This document shows positions 26,101 through 40,450 of a stretch of DNA of 64,000 bases, in pieces. The position numbers were made by a program, and so were the translations under genes. The notes under the pieces were generated by a model. The model searched no databases. It was not told the DNA's origin and saw only the letters and a list, made by a program, of their open reading frames with translations. Source of the stretch: Camelus dromedarius (taxonomy: Eukaryota); NCBI RefSeq assembly GCF_036321535.1, contig NC_087437.1:79734001-79798000 (forward strand), written 5' to 3'. Every line of letters begins with the position of its first letter. The stretch's first letter is position 1.

Positions 26101-26776
26101 AATATGAAAAACAGTGAAATCCTTCTCCAAATATTGGTTCATAAACAATTCATCCATGGCTCTTATCATAGCAAATCAATCTCCATGATAGTTAAGACTT
26201 TCAGCCACATGCTGAATTCTATGAGGGAAGGTCCTAGAAGAAAATCATATAACTTACCTAAAACTGTAATTTTAAAGAAAGTATCATGAAAACCATAAAA
26301 TAAAGGGACCCTCATTTCTGATATGGTTGATGCCAAGAGCAAATTACTTAAAAGCTAACAATTAAATAGTAATAAGTTATCAAAGAACATAACTATACTT
26401 GCTAATTCAGAATTTAAATAGTTAATAAGCACATGACGTGCAATGGTTCTCTAAATTTTGCATGTTACAATTTATTTGAGATTGTTATGTATAGTGGAAG
26501 TAGGGAAAATCTAAAATGATACATAACGGTATTAACATACTACAGTTTTGGGTGCTTTACAAAATGCCTTCATCCCATCACTGGAATCCCTGTGATGATA
26601 CATATCTTGGGGTTAGAAACCCTATGAAGGCAGTTTGAATTACTTCCTTGGATTAAGAAGTCATGTTATCAGAGACCAGAGTATCTATTTGTACTAATTA
26701 ATTTTGCAATGACCCTCTAGCAGAATTTCCATTACTGCATTTTGCACAAATATAAAATATATACATGAACGTAGGA

Positions 26777-26800
26777 TACACACACACACACACACACACA
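26777..26800. repeat. (CA)n microsatellite
   Basis: Directly visible. Confidence 0.9.
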
Positions 26801-29499
26801 GTGATATATACTGGAGGTGTAGCAATATCAATAGTATAATGTCCTGTTGGAGCCTTGAGGGAATTTCCTATCAGATCTTGGTATCAAGAAAAGCTGTACA
26901 ATTTACAATTAACCTGATTTTAAATGGTTTTTAAGCCAACAAAAATTTCACATGTTTTCTTTTGATATGACAATTAAACAGAGTCACTCTGAGATACATC
27001 TGTAGCAAGTGTACAAAATTTATTTGTACAGATTTTTATTATTTTTCCATTTCCATTTTACTCTAAAATTTCATCTTACCCTTTATTACATACATACACT
27101 TTACAAGAGATTTTTAAAAACTTGGTGAAACAAGATAAGGGATATAAACCTATAAATAAATCTAATAATTATTTATTGTGCTTCAGATCATGGAGAAATG
27201 CTTTAAAAAAAATCTTTACTCAAGGTATCTTTTTTAGATGTACATTCCAGAATGCATGATTATATATGGGGTGTTTGTCATAGCATATTAGTTGAAGTAC
27301 AAATTAAGGATCATCAACATTTTATCAACAATATGTTTTCTTAATATTTAATCTAAAAGAGCAAATTAAATAAAATTTATATTTTACGGCATTATATAAA
27401 TGAAAGGACACTAGGTCTCTCATTTGATGTTTGGCCAAAATAGTGTAACATATCCTGTACCTTGATCTTTGCCACCTTTATAGATATCATAAATGCTTCC
27501 AGTACCATTATTTTTAAAAAATTAGCTACAGCCCCTTCTGACACAAACCCTTACATCACTCATGCAGCTTATTTCTGCAGTGACTACAAATTACGAGACC
27601 AGTGCTACAAGGCTCTCAGTTTTTATTGTATTTTTCCTTTATGCCATTACTTCCATTTTAGGAAATATGTTGGATCTAAGTTCCATATTTTCAGTGAGAT
27701 TCTGAACTTTCTATGTGATGATAGCTAAAATTTTAATTGAGAATTATTTTCAAATACAAATGTAGCCTAAATTCTTCAATTTGTAATGATAGATGGATAG
27801 ATATATAAAGTCATGTCTTTTCCCATTTAAGGTGATTCTGAATTTTTTCTTTTATCATTTTCAGCTTTTCACATAGCTATATATCCATATGTCCATATAT
27901 TTATTCATACACTCACTCTTTTATTCAATAAAATAAAATACATAGCTCAAAAGAATGTTAGCACTCTGACAACCCAGTAATCAGGTGATTACACTTGTGC
28001 ATGATAAGCATTATTATAGATCATCAGTCATCTCTGAATTTAGGTTACTGTTAATTCTCAAAATATAATTATTTTATCTTGGAGTATACCCAATACTCCA
28101 TTTCTTTTGATAGACAATAGTCACTTTTTCTAAATAAACAGTTTCAAGTAGCCAATTTTCAATCATTGATTATATTCATTGTCAAGATCAATCAGTTTTA
28201 AATCACTGGAACTTCTATGCATCAGTTCATAACTAGTCTTAGGTGTTATACAGAGTCATATATGTTGCTTTTTTAGGTAATTCAATCTTAGTATTTTTTT
28301 TACCTGTATTAAAACATGTTTTTCTCACGTATACATCCACATGTGGAATCTTTTCAAACATATAAAGTTTTCAACACATTGTATGTATTTCTCTTCTAAT
28401 GTTTTTCAGTCATAAATAAATAAGATTTGCCTTCGTGACAATCAGAACAACTTTCATTTTTAAAAAATCAATTCTTAGCTATTAAGATTTTAAGATTTTA
28501 ATATATTAATATTAACTTATTAATATATTAATACAATTATGATTTATATTAGTGCATGAGATTCTTTACAAATATAATTTGATCTCCTCATAGGATATGC
28601 TTATCAAATTTACATTGCTTGCTAAGTTCACCCATTTCCTAATTAGAATTGCAAATGCCATGATTAACAGCAAACACAGTAGAAAATAAACTAGATGGCA
28701 ATATTTCACTCTTAAAAATAAAAAGCCTGTTTTTAATTTCATATCTGGTACGTGATGGCTACAATTCAAACTCTAATACATCTGGAGGCCAATACTATGT
28801 CTATGCTCTTTCTCAGGTTCAGTATATCATCCAAAAGGAGTTGTGCATTGGAACATGTGACAGTGGTTACCTCTCAGAAATCATGGCACTTGGAGTCACC
28901 AAATAATAGAAGCATTAAATAGACCAATCCTAGTTTAGTATTCTGGAAGATGATGGTATCTTTGTGAAGTCAGTGGGACTCATCAGAGGCCTGAAAGCCA
29001 GTCATGAATAAGCAGCAAAGATCTTTAGACAAGACTTTTAGAGATCACAGAATCCTCCTCTCTTTTCAAAAACCCTTCAGAATCTTAGCCCACCAAACCT
29101 AGTGTATCACAGAAGTCGCAAGAAGGGAGAGAGGACAGCATTGGCAGAGGGTTGTTTACTTGCCCATTTCCTTTTTTGGAATGCATACTCTGATTGAGTT
29201 ACTCATCCTTATCCGGTAATTGATTTAAATACTTACCTACTTGTCTTTTACTAAATGCTTCTCTTTCTTTGTTCTCTTCCAAGCCCAACTCCCACAAAAG
29301 CACTTTTTAGTACTAGTTAACATAGGTCCTGCCCATCTATCATTCAAGTATTTAGGAGATAGTGTTACATCCTTTATTATAGCACTGCTATTATAGCACT
29401 GCTGGTGAGCGTTCAAGTTGTCTTGCGCCCCTAATATCACTCTATTTTTCCTATTGTTTCGAGCAGTGATAGTCATTGCGTGCCTTCCAGTTCTTGCTG

Positions 29500-30020
29500 T
29501 CACCCAAGTGTGGGTGTGAACATCTCACTGCTCTTACACAGTCTGGAAGGACTATACCCAGAAGTTAGAACTAGATCACAGGCAACCTGATCACACTAGA
29601 TACTGCCACATTGCCCTGTAACATGGGTACCTCCAACGGACGTGCCCTTGGGATTCCATTTTGCCCTATCCTCACTAGGCTTAGATATCATGTGACTTTC
29701 TAATTTTTGCCAGTCTGGAGAATTCAAGGTGTGCTTTAACTGGTACTTCCCCAATGGATAGCAAGACAGCTCTTCAAATGCTCACTGGTTTTTCTGATTT
29801 CCACCTCTCTGAATTCCTTTTCATTTTCTAAGCTCTCTCTTCTCTTGAGTAACCTACTGCTAAAAGAGTTCCTTAAATATTCTCGCTATCTATACATCCC
29901 ATGCTTTATTTTGATATTGAAATATAGTCTTCCTATCACCCTTCCATATACTTCTTATGGTTACCTTTGTTAAACAAAACCCTTTGATTTCAATATAATC
30001 AAAACTTTCCACATTTTAGC
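29500..30020 (-). mobile_element. Ancient L1ME fragment, antisense
   Basis: atacccagaagttagaact, agatactgccacattgccct, ttctaatttttgccagtctg. Confidence 0.55.
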
Positions 30021-30859
30021 AGGGTCAGATTACAACAACAACAAAAAATTCTAAGAGGACTTAGTACCTAAGTCTTGTTTCAGAAGCAGAAATAATCCTC
30101 GCTTTAAAAATCATCCTTGGCACATCCTTGAATCTCCTCGTATGTTCAGCATCAATAGAGCAGATGAATTCCAAAGTACCTAATTTCAATTTATCAACTT
30201 GAAGGAAAGTGAATATTAATCTAGATAAATGGATGAGTTATCATCTCAAGGCATTCTTAGCAGCAAAAGGTATGGATGGCTATAAGCATGCCTGATGCAG
30301 AGTGACAGGGCTCTAATGTGATAGAGTAGGTGGAAAACAAAGGAGAAATTTTACTTGACTTTAAAAACTGTTTTGAAACAGAAAGTTCCAAATTACATCC
30401 TTAAATCTCAATAAATCGTACGTGTGGATGTGTGTGTGTGTGTGTGTGGTTGCTGTTCGTTCTTTTCACTTTTTTTAACCTACAAAAGCTATGATGAATA
30501 TTATTTTGTACTCTGGGCATAATTAAAGAGATGTGTTCTTTAACATCCTGACCAATGAAAAGGAACTTAAATTTTTTGGTTTTCAAAGGTTTAAAAATTC
30601 TTTTTGGTGAAACTAGTTTTGAGATCTATCAGATGCTACTTTGTCTTAAAATTCCCAACTTTTGTTTAGTGTGTTTTCAGGAGTGATTTTACTGATATCT
30701 GACCTGCCTACACACTACTTTGTCTGAAGAGGTTACTGAGGGATGCCCTGACCTGCAATAAATAACTATAGACTTCTGCTTTTTTAACGAATACACCAGA
30801 TAACCGTAATGTTTCTACCTCTATTCTCACTGTCACACTGAGAGCAATCTTTTTTTTTC

Positions 30860-30995
30860 TTTTTCAGTTTCCTCATATGTAAACAGTGTTACAGTAGCTA
30901 CCTTATAATGGGTTTCTGAAGAGTAAACAAATTATATATAAAATATCTATAGGGCTTGGCCCCTAGTAAGCACTATGTATGTATCAACTATAAGC
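30860..30995 (+). mobile_element. MIR fragment
   Basis: tcagtttcctcatatgtaaa...cttggcccctagtaagcactat. Confidence 0.65.
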
Positions 30996-31212
30996 TATAT
31001 TTTAAATTATTGATATTATTATTGTTATGTTCAGTATACCTGTATATAACAATATGACTTTTAATCAAATTTTCTGTGGACCAATAAAATAGTCAACATT
31101 GTTAGCATTGTTTGTAAAAGTATATCAAATTACCTCTAAATGGTTTATGCAGACTTTGTAACAGTGTGATGTCAGGTAAAATGTGTATATGTAATGTGTG
31201 TGTGCATGTGTG

Positions 31213-31350
31213 TACAACCCCATTAAGAGGTGACTATTATTATCTTTGTTTCAGAGATAAGGAGACTAAGGCAGAAAAAGTAGCTCATAGTCTGACAGTG
31301 GGGAAACATGCAAAAAAACTATAGCCATCAGGTCTGTGAACTCAAAAAGT
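31213..31350 (-). mobile_element. MIR fragment
   Basis: acaaccccatt...tattattatc...ttcagagataaggagactaaggcaga. Confidence 0.55.
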
Positions 31351-33129
31351 AATGGTGTGCTCTCATTTACATCCACTCTCCCACCCACACCCCCCAAAAA
31401 TACTTTTTTGCTTTGGTGTTAGGTTCCAGTTTGGGTTCTGTACCACTGTGAACACTGAGTGTGAATCTCCCTGATAAATGAGCTATTAAAGCCTAATTAT
31501 GCTTTTTGTATGTTTAATACTCAAGCAACTCCACAGAAATGTTACTGAGATTGCAAATTAACCAGCCTCCCAAAATTTCAGCTCCAGTAGCTTCCATCTC
31601 ACTTACCAATCAGTTCCACCACCCAAATATTTGATGACCCATTTATGACTTAATAAATTCCAAATATTCACTGTCTGATATATTACAGGTAATGGTTATT
31701 AAATATAATGTTCTAAAAGCATTAAGTTCTCCTGTTGTCATTACATTGCCATTATAGCAATGCCCTTTTGGAGAAAGAACATATCAAAAGCATGAAATTT
31801 AGGGAGCTATACAATGCAGACTAGGATAGTACAGTCAAACTACACAATAAAACCATAAAGTCTTCCATGAACCAGTATTTAATAAAGTTCTCACTCTGAT
31901 CTTATTAGCAAAGGTGTTTGAGTCCTGAGAACCTGGAATAGTAGAAGGGTATTCGGAGGGCATTGAATAAAGGAGAATTTGGAAGCCACAATCCACACAT
32001 TTGTCCACTCTACATTGAATGGCATGTTCCCAGTCACAGAAAATATATGTTTAGAAACCCTCCATGAAACTAGCCAGTGACACCAGCTGACAAGAAAGTA
32101 AACCCTGAGCTCAAGTAGTCTCTTTATTCTTAAATCAGTTCATTGTGTCCAGATATGCTCAATAAGATTAAGTACTTTTATAAAATGTCTGAAAGGAAAA
32201 CTATAGTCTGTCTGAGAAAAGAGAGTTCTGAAAAATGTGTATGGTTGGTATCTCCTTTTAAAGACAAAACAACAAACCTACGAGCCATTTACCGTGCCAG
32301 TTTTCCAGACAGCCTGTATCCCAGCAATACCAAGGCACTTTAGCAAAGCTCTAATCTCAGCTGGAACTATGCTTTGGTACCTGGACTGAAATAAGACATT
32401 CAAGTGTTACGAGCGTCTGTTTCCTTCAATCCAAGAGTCAACCTTACACTCCCTGTTGTACCTCAGAGATGGGATGATTCTAAGGTATGCAGGGCTACGT
32501 CGGGTGTGTATACGTTTAAGCACTTAGAAGTGGCCGGTGAAGGAACTTCTCATCCACACACTGCACACAATACAACCAAAACACATAGTTCCGTGAATGA
32601 TTTACCCCATACTCTCTCCAAAAGATAGGGGAGAAAAACTATCTAAAATTCTATTTTACTGCCATGTAGGGGATTCAAAAGAAAATGTGAACACGATCAA
32701 TGTACACAAAATAAGAAAATTTAAAGCTCAAAAGAATATAGCATAATAATTCCCTGACTTTCCAGTACAGAGCTTTTTAAAGAAAAGACACTTCATCCTG
32801 AGAGATTTTAATGTAGTGGGCCTTACTGGTAATTCTGCTGTAGGTAGCGTAAGGACCACCTTATCTGAAGTACTTGTCTAGTCAGTGTCTATTAGTGGGG
32901 TCATTAGGCCTGGGAATATATGTTGTACTTGACAATGTATGAAGTCAAGTATTCATTTTTAGTTTATGCTTAAGATAAGGTAATACTCATTAAGTTGAAC
33001 ATGAAGATTAATGACTATAGGGAATTTTGAAAAGAGAAGGGGGTAGACCTATTCTAGTCTTCTTATTCTAAAAAGCACTGCCTTAGAGAATTCTGAGCAA
33101 AAGGACTTTACCCTCACTTGTAGACGCTT

Positions 33130-33555
33130 CAGCCTCCCCCTCAGCCAACCTCTGACTTCAGCTGCAGCCCAGACTCCCCTATGGCTTGCTGGTGGAAGTG
33201 CTCCATCTGTCAAGGAGGCTTAAAGGACCTTTCCAACTTCTATCAGGCTGCTTCCGCAAGGTAATGGGAATACCCTCAAATCATGTGTAAATTCAGCCCA
33301 GAAGTGGGGGTAAAAGCCCCCAGGACAAATCTCACCTCGTGTTCCGGGCAGCTGTTCTCTCAGCTGGTCTCTTGGGAGAGGAGTTCTCCATACTTCTTAG
33401 TGGATTCTGGGGAAATAGACAGTGACAAAAAACACAGCTGAATATTGATCTTTCATCCCTCTCTGTCTAATTCTCCCCACTCCCTAATTTCTGCTTCCTG
33501 GTGAAGCCATGGTCTTTTCTCAGGCTCTGCTTTCAAGAGAACCCAAACTAAGATA
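33130..33555 (+). mobile_element. LTR16-like ERVL LTR
   Basis: ctctgacttcagctgcag, agcccagaagtgggggtaaaagcccc, ends tctcaggctctgctttc..gaacccaaactaaga. Confidence 0.6.
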
Positions 33556-33719
33556 TTTCCCTAACGCTTCCTGCTGCCTTCTGCCTCAGGTTAGCCATGC
33601 AGCAGCAGAGAATAAGCAGTGGTCAGCAATTCATGTCCCTATACGATTTTCCTTTCTGGGTCCAAAAGTGATGGCCCATAATCTGGTTGAAACAGGTTTC
33701 TGATTACAAGTTATTTTTT

Positions 33720-33925
33720 ATATAACATTCAACATCTACCGTATGCCATATACATTGCTAGATGTTTTACATGCATTATTATGTCCAATTGTCACAACAT
33801 CCTGTGAGTTACACTAGTTCCATTTATAGATGACAAAACTTTGATGCAAGGAGTCCAAGTAACTTGTCTGATATCACCAAAGTCATAAGTAGCTTAGGCG
33901 AGATTCAAACCCAAATCTGTATATC
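33720..33925 (-). mobile_element. MIR SINE
   Basis: cacaacatcctgtgag...ccatttatagatgacaaaact...aagtaacttgtctga...gattcaaacccaaatctgt. Confidence 0.7.
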
Positions 33926-34399
33926 CAAAGACATCTGTAAGATTTATCTGAGAGCCAAAGTTTTGTTTTTGCTTTGTAACTGTCTAATGTCTCTTGGATA
34001 GCTGCGCTGCCTTTGAGTGGAGAGCACATGTGTGCTCAGATGTGGCAAAGCTGCTAACAGGTAGAGTTGGTCCTCATAAAAGAGACAGAAAAGACTTCAT
34101 GGTGGACATGCTGCAGGACAGTTCAGGCAGTTTCAATGTAATTTTCTGATTTCTATGATGTTTGACACGTATTTCCAATAGCTTTCAATAGATCAGGTCA
34201 TGAGCAGAGGAGGTCATTCTGATTAAATAAGATTCTAACCAACTAATCTTAAATGCCATACAGATTATTACTGTGTTTTACTAATAGTAACTGTTTCAAT
34301 TCAGACCATTATGGCACCTAGAGGGGGAGAGAAAAAAGTGAGGGTATCATATATCATAAGTTCCAGAAATATTTTTAATGTCAGACCTCTCCAGAAATA

Positions 34400-34530
34400 T
34401 TTCAGTCACTGAATGTGATGCTAATCTCATTTTTGAGAGGAGAAACTGAGAATCCAGGCAAGTTACATGATTTGTTCAAGGTCACAAAGCTAGAGTTTGG
34501 CAAACTGAGACAGAACTTCATTCCCAGTTC
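34400..34530 (-). mobile_element. MIR fragment
   Basis: ctcatttttgagaggagaaactgag...atgatttgttcaaggtcaca. Confidence 0.6.
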
Positions 34531-34866
34531 TGTGAGCTCACACATTGACTAAAATAGCCACTTGGCTTGCTGTAAACACTAGTCTGTATAAAGCCTGCGA
34601 CCCCACCTGTGCACACTGCTGCACACCAACTACCCAGCAGAGAACCCAGCAAACGAAGAAGCTTAGTAAATCAGTCTTCAGTGATTGGATGAAGGTCCAA
34701 ATAGGAACTGCACTCAAAATACCAAGAATGCTTCCAACATGCTCTGGGAAAAAATACTGCATCTACATATGCCTTTAATTTCTCCATTTGGAAGAGCAAT
34801 ATATGGTTGCTTTTCATCCATGGCTCTTCCAAGGAGGCAAGGCAGAATTTTATACGGACCATCGAA

Positions 34867-35030
34867 TAGTGCTTCTCAAAGTAGGGTATCCGGAAAAGCA
34901 GCATCAGCATTATCTGAGAACTTGTGAGAAATATCAATTCTCAGTCCCCACCAATGTCTACTCATCAGAAACCATGGGAATAGTGGGCTCAGCAAACTCT
35001 GTCTGAACAAGCTCTCCAGGTGATTTTGAG
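34867..35030 (+). mobile_element. MER5A (hAT-Charlie MITE)
   Basis: agtgcttctcaaagt...gcagcatcagcattatctgagaacttgtgagaaat...aacaagctctccaggtgatt. Confidence 0.75.
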
Positions 35031-35849
35031 ACTCCTTGTCATAGACCACAACAGAATCACTCTAAAGCACTGCTTGACATATGAACCCACCAAAAACAAA
35101 ACATGGTTTTATGGAATGGGAATCAAATTAGCATTATAAACTTTAAAAGGTTTACAGATTCTCTTAGTACCAAAAGGGGACCATCGGTAACAATTTTTGG
35201 ATACTTGGAATCCAACTTAACTTCGCTGTACAGTATCAAATGATGCAGACAAGAGCAAACACACAGAACCCCAGCTATCAACCAGAGCACAGTCTCCTGC
35301 CACCCAGCCTGCTCGGCATGAGCAGCCTCCCCCCTCGCCCCACCCACTCCTCATCACACAGCCTAGATTCTATTCTAGCCTGTGCCCAAGTTTCCGATGC
35401 ATCTAGTTTGGTGACGATGTGCAAGAAACAATGTTGATTCACATAGTAAGAATGCCATTCCTCTTCAGTTGTCTCTCCTTCTTTCTGGCTATATTGCTTT
35501 GGTGCAAGTGACTCTTCACACATCTCAAACACCTGACCATCTTTTCAATAACAAGGAGAGCATAAATGCAAGTGCCAATCTTTCCATGGGCAGCACTCTC
35601 CGGATACAAGTATGTATGACTCTTTTGTTTTCATTGCATGCGTTTGTATGGATACCATTTGTTTAAGGATATAAGCTTGCTTTTTATTTAGAGTTATAAT
35701 ATAAATATCCTTATTTTTTAAAGTGAACAGAATTAATCAAAATATTAATATTTTAATAACAGCTTATATCAAATGACTGGATTTGAGAAGCATCTTCCTA
35801 TCTAAACTGAGATATAATTACTGTTTCTGTATTTTTTTCACTTGGTACT

Positions 35850-36225
35850 TGTTACGTACTGAATTATGTTCCTCGAAAATTCATATGTTGAAGCCCTAGC
35901 CGCTAGTGTGGCTGAACTGGGAGATAAGGCTTTTAAGGAGGCAATAAAGGCTAAATGAAATTGTAAGAGTGGGTCCCTAATGTAATAGCATCTATCTCTT
36001 TATAAGGAAGACAACAGGAGAGTCACATCCAGAGAAAAGGCCACATGAAGACAGAGGGAGGATGCCGCCCACAAGCCAAAGAGAGATGCCTCAGGGAGAG
36101 CAGACCTGCTGCCACCTCGGTCTCGGACTCCTTCCCCACCTCCAGAACTGTGAGAAACGGAGTTCTGTTGTCTCAGCCACTCAGCCTGCAGGGCTTTGTC
36201 ACGGCAGCCCTGGCAGAGGAAGACA
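35850..36225 (+). mobile_element. MLT1A-like MaLR solo LTR
   Basis: tgttacgtactgaattatgttcc...aaattcatatgttgaagccct...cctccagaactgtgagaaa...gcagccctggcagaggaagaca. Confidence 0.8.
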
Positions 36226-36234
36226 ACACTTCTA

Positions 36235-36720
36235 TTTACTAATTCAGCTGAGATGTATTGGATTTATGTGTGTCAGAAATCACACTCTACTAGGTGCTTT
36301 TGACACAGATGTGAGCCAGACAGTCCCTGCTCCCACTGGATTCCCAGACTCATGGGGGAGAAGCAAAGGAAGAGCTCAAAATTGTTTAGTGTCTTACATG
36401 CAATAGTTCAAGGGAGCTGAAGATCACGCGGGCTGATGGTGATGGGCACCTCACCCTGTCGGGACTATGGGGAAAAGGCCTCAAGAGTGACCACAGCCTG
36501 AGCTAAGACTCAAAGGACGAGTAAATGCATGGAGAGTGTTGAGGGTGAGAGGATGGGTAGAGAAGGCATTCCCGGCAGAGAGGAGCGAATAGACACAGCC
36601 ACAGTGTCAAGACACAGCACTGTGCGTGCACTTTGTGCACACAAAATACTGGAAGGGAAAGGGAAAGGCCAGCTAGATAAACACCCTGCTTGCCATGTTT
36701 GCGATCTTTGATTTAATCCT
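36235..36720 (-). mobile_element. L2 3' fragment, antisense
   Basis: ctaggtgctttt..acacagatgtgagccagacagtccctgc; tgagctaagactcaaaggacgagt; ggcattcccggcagagagg. Confidence 0.6.
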
Positions 36721-36729
36721 AGGGGTCAC

Positions 36730-36932
36730 GGGGCACTACCAACCTCGCACTACCCACATTTTGGACCAGATAATTCTTTGTTGTGGGAGGAAAAGAATTA
36801 GAATGTCTAGCAGCACCCCTGGCCTCTACCCACTAAACGCTAGTGTCACTGTGACAACCAAAAGGATCTCCAGATCTTGCCAAACGTCTAGCTGAAGGAG
36901 GATAATAGCAGAGTCTGATGAAAACCACTGCC
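36730..36932 (+). mobile_element. MER20 (hAT-Charlie)
   Basis: cattttggaccagataattctttgttgtggg...tagcagcacccctggcctctacccacta...gtgacaaccaaaa. Confidence 0.8.
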
Positions 36933-36999
36933 CTACATGGTTCACAACGATATGAACCTGGAAATAACATGGTTAAATCTGCATTCTTTCTACACTTTG

Positions 37000-37255
37000 G
37001 AGCAGGACAGCATAATGGTTTAAAAACAAGGACTCTGAGCCAGCATGACTGGGTTCAAACCCTGCTGCTTACCTGTTGTGCAAACTTGCACAAGTCACCT
37101 AACTTTTGTACCCGGGCATTTTCACCTATGAAATTAGATACTAAGAGTACAGCTCCTTCACAGAGGTGCTGTGAGGTTAAGTAAGTTCATATATATATAT
37201 ACAGGGCCATGAAAAGTACCTGGCAGTAAGTGCTGTATAAATGTTTGCTAAATGT
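37000..37255 (+). mobile_element. MIR SINE, near full length
   Basis: gcataatggtttaaaa..ggactctgagccag..ctgggttcaaaccctgc...caagtcacctaac...cctggcagtaagtgct. Confidence 0.8.
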
Positions 37256-37693
37256 ATGAAAAAAAAAGTGTAAGAACAGAAGTAAGGGAGACAGACCAAA
37301 GACAAAGGATGGATGTTAAATTTGGTTGAAATGTGAAGGTGTCCCTCATGTCCTGAGCAGAATGAACTCTTGCCCTCTCTTGAATTCAATATAGTGTTAT
37401 TACAATTTATCTGCTGTTCCACAGGTTACTATGCAATGTTCACATTATCTCTGTATCCATCACTGTACTTTATGAATAGCATCTACTCAATAAGTAATAT
37501 TCTTAAGTTAAGGAGGAGAGAAAAACAGCATGACGAATACAGCCTTCTTTGTTGAAGGTAGGTATCAATTTTACATGACGTCTGAGTACCCCTGGTCGTC
37601 TTAAGTACCAAAGCTACAAAAACAGTGGAAATTACTGAATGCAGTGTTCAGAAACACTAGATTTTAAACCAATAAAATTATTTTCTTCACTCC

Positions 37694-38285
37694 TGTGTGA
37701 GGCAGAATTCTCAAATCCCCGCAATGATCCTCACATTGTGAAGACCCCTTTGAGTGTGGGTGAAATCTGTAAACATGACTATATATCCCTCCCATGATTG
37801 TATTACATTATATGACAAAAGAGATTTTACCTGGTGGGGTAATCTAATTACGTGTGTCTAATCACTTCAAAGCAACTTTTCTCCAGCTCCTGTCAGAAGG
37901 GAAAATGAGAGAGACTGGAAGCCTGAGATTTGATGCTCTGTGGTTGGCTTTGAAGACTAGGGGGACACATAAAAGAACCTTACAGCAACTTCTATTAGCT
38001 GAGAATGACCTCCAGCCAACAGCCAGCAAAGAGATGGGACTTCATTTCTACAGCCACAGGAAACGGAATGATGACACAACAACTTGAATGAGTTGGAAGT
38101 GCATTCTTCCCCAGACCTTCAGATCGGAGACCAGAATAAATAATACCTCGATTTTGGCCTTGTGATCCTGAGAGCAGAGAAACCAGTCCAGCCTACCCAC
38201 ACGTCTGACCTCCAGGACTGTGTGGTACTACATAGGTGGTGTCTGAAGATGCTGAATTTATTAGACAGCAGTCAAAACTAACACA
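37694..38285 (+). mobile_element. MLT1E/F-like MaLR solo LTR
   Basis: tgtgtgaggcagaattct...gctgagaatgacctccagccaacagccagcaa...aaaactaacaca; flanks actcc and cctcc. Confidence 0.75.
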
Positions 38286-38402
38286 CCTCCCTTAGGGGCT
38301 GATGAGGGTTCATCTTAACTGAGATTCTATAAAGAAATGTTATCTGAAATGTACATGCACTAATTTACACAGCCATCTATAATACATGTACATAATATAA
38401 TT

Positions 38403-38719
38403 CAGGCATAGTTCATTTTATTGTAATTTGCTTTATTGTGTTTTGCAGGTATTGCATTTTTTACAAATGGAAGGTTTGTAGCAATCTTGAATCGAATAAG
38501 ATATTGGTCATTTTCCCAATAGCATTATATTTTAATTGAGGTATGTACATTATTTTTTAGATATAATGCTATTGCACACTTACTAGACTACAATGTCATG
38601 TAAATATAATGTTTATATGCACCGGAAAACCAGAACATCTGTGTGACTCACTTTACTGCAATATTCACTTTATTGAGGTCTTCTGGAACCAAACCCGTAA
38701 TACCTCTGAGATATGCCTG
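38403..38719. mobile_element. Tigger1 internal-deletion derivative (TcMar-Tigger MITE)
   Basis: caggcata...tatgcctg termini, TA at the right flank; Tigger1 end motifs (ttacaaatggaaggtttgt, taatgctattgcacactta, gtgtgactcacttta). Confidence 0.85.
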
Positions 38720-38739
38720 TATCCACCAGCGTGACTTCA

Positions 38740-39165
38740 AAAACAACTGCAAGAACCACAAGAATCTCCCTGGATTAATCTCACAAACGTAACAATAAAA
38801 GGAAAAAGGAAAAGCCAGAACACAAAAGAATGCTTATCATTCAGTTCTGTTAATATGCTAGTAAGAAAACAAGTAAAACTAAATTGCGGTGCTTATGGAA
38901 TATATACATAAGTGCCAGTTGTATAAAGAAGAATGCTACGTGATTGCCAAGAAACTCAGGACAGTGGTTACCTTTGCGAGAGAGAAAAGAATGGATGTGA
39001 AGGGACCCGGGGGACAGCCGGGTGCACCTGCAGTATGCATGACAATATGGTCATGACTGGGATAGTGACTATATTTATGTTTATCTTATGATTCTTCCCT
39101 AACAAGTTGTTTGTTTTATGTACTTTTTTTGAATGTTATCATTTGAATGTTAAAATGCAATAAAA
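38740..39165 (+). mobile_element. Ancient L1ME-type 3' end
   Basis: tggattaatctcacaaac...aaaagccagaacacaaaagaat...tcaggacagtggttacctt. Confidence 0.55.
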
Positions 39166-39175
39166 ACCTTTAGGG

Positions 39176-39756
39176 TGTCGTGCGGATTCATTTCACACTG
39201 AGGCACGGAGCTGGACGCTCATGAAAGCCTTAGCAAGGGCAGTGTGGGAGAGGCACCACGCAACAGCTGCTGCAGACCAGGGGCCCCAGGACTTCTTTAG
39301 CGAGGGATGCACCAGTTTTGACTCACCTAAGAAATGGATACGGAGACTCCCCTTGCCTAAAAATGCCAGGTCTTTCCTTACTTACTCTGGGCTCAGGAAA
39401 TGGACTACTTTCTGCTATTTATTGATTGAATCTTTTTTTTTTTTTTTAAGGAAGGAGTCACTGTCTTTTGAACATGAACGTAAATGATCTCTGAAGGAGC
39501 CCCTGACTGCTCTGATTCACCATCCCTGCTATTTTCTTGAATCATCACATTTGCTTCCTCTTCTTTTGCTCCTAGCCAGAAGGCAGCAGAGACTTTGCTG
39601 GGGATGCTGGTGCTAAAGCTCCTGCACTGTTACTTCACTGATGTGCTGACCCTTTTATACTAATGTGCCTGGGCAGACGCAGTAATAAACGTCTGATTAC
39701 TTTGTTCCATCTCCAGACAGTTCCCTCGATACTTAGAATAGTCCTGCTCTACTCCA
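39176..39756 (+). mobile_element. Possible unassigned solo LTR
   Basis: TG start, AATAAA at 39684, CA end, LTR-like length and composition; family not recognised. Confidence 0.3.
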
Positions 39757-40099
39757 TATGCCTATCGGATATTTTTTTTCCTTTTAAAAATATCGAAAAT
39801 TGGAACTTCATAACCATTAGTGGCATTCACTATTAGAGGGTCCAAGCTATTTGGGAGGAGAGAGGATGAATGTCCATTAGCCCTGGTATCTCAAGATGAT
39901 GATCAGCTTGAATGGATAAGAATATACGCTATTCTATCTGACTGTTACAGAAGAAAAATAAATGTATCTTTGTTTAAACTTACAGATATGTTAGTATGGA
40001 TTTCTAAGGAGGTTCAGGAATACAACAGAATAAGCAGTGCTTCCAGTTCCTGTAAAGCCTGAGCACATCATGATTCAACCTTAATTCCATCTCTGTATA

Positions 40100-40450
40100 G
40101 GTTGATCCTCTCCAGTGCAATCCCTGCTCACCCTTCTCTCTCAGTGGACTCTATGGATTTTTCATTGTCCCCCTAATTTAAAGTACCTTGCCTCTTCCCT
40201 TCTTCCTATACAAATTATACACATCCTTCAAATCGCAGCTCCAGTCTCACTTCCTTCTTAGAGTCTTTTCCAAACCTATCAATACACAGCTCCTCTCCTC
40301 TGAGTTCTTACCATTCTTTAATTGTTCTCCCTTTAAGTGGCATCTGATCCTGTTACATTTGTAACAATAGATTATCAGTCCTTTAAGAGGAAAAATTTTT
40401 TTCAATCATTTACATCGTTTCAGAACAGGCTTGGTGCTGAAAAAGAGAAG
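40100..40450 (+). mobile_element. L2 3' fragment
   Basis: catccttcaaatcgcagctc...cacttccttc...tagattatcagtcctttaagagg. Confidence 0.5.
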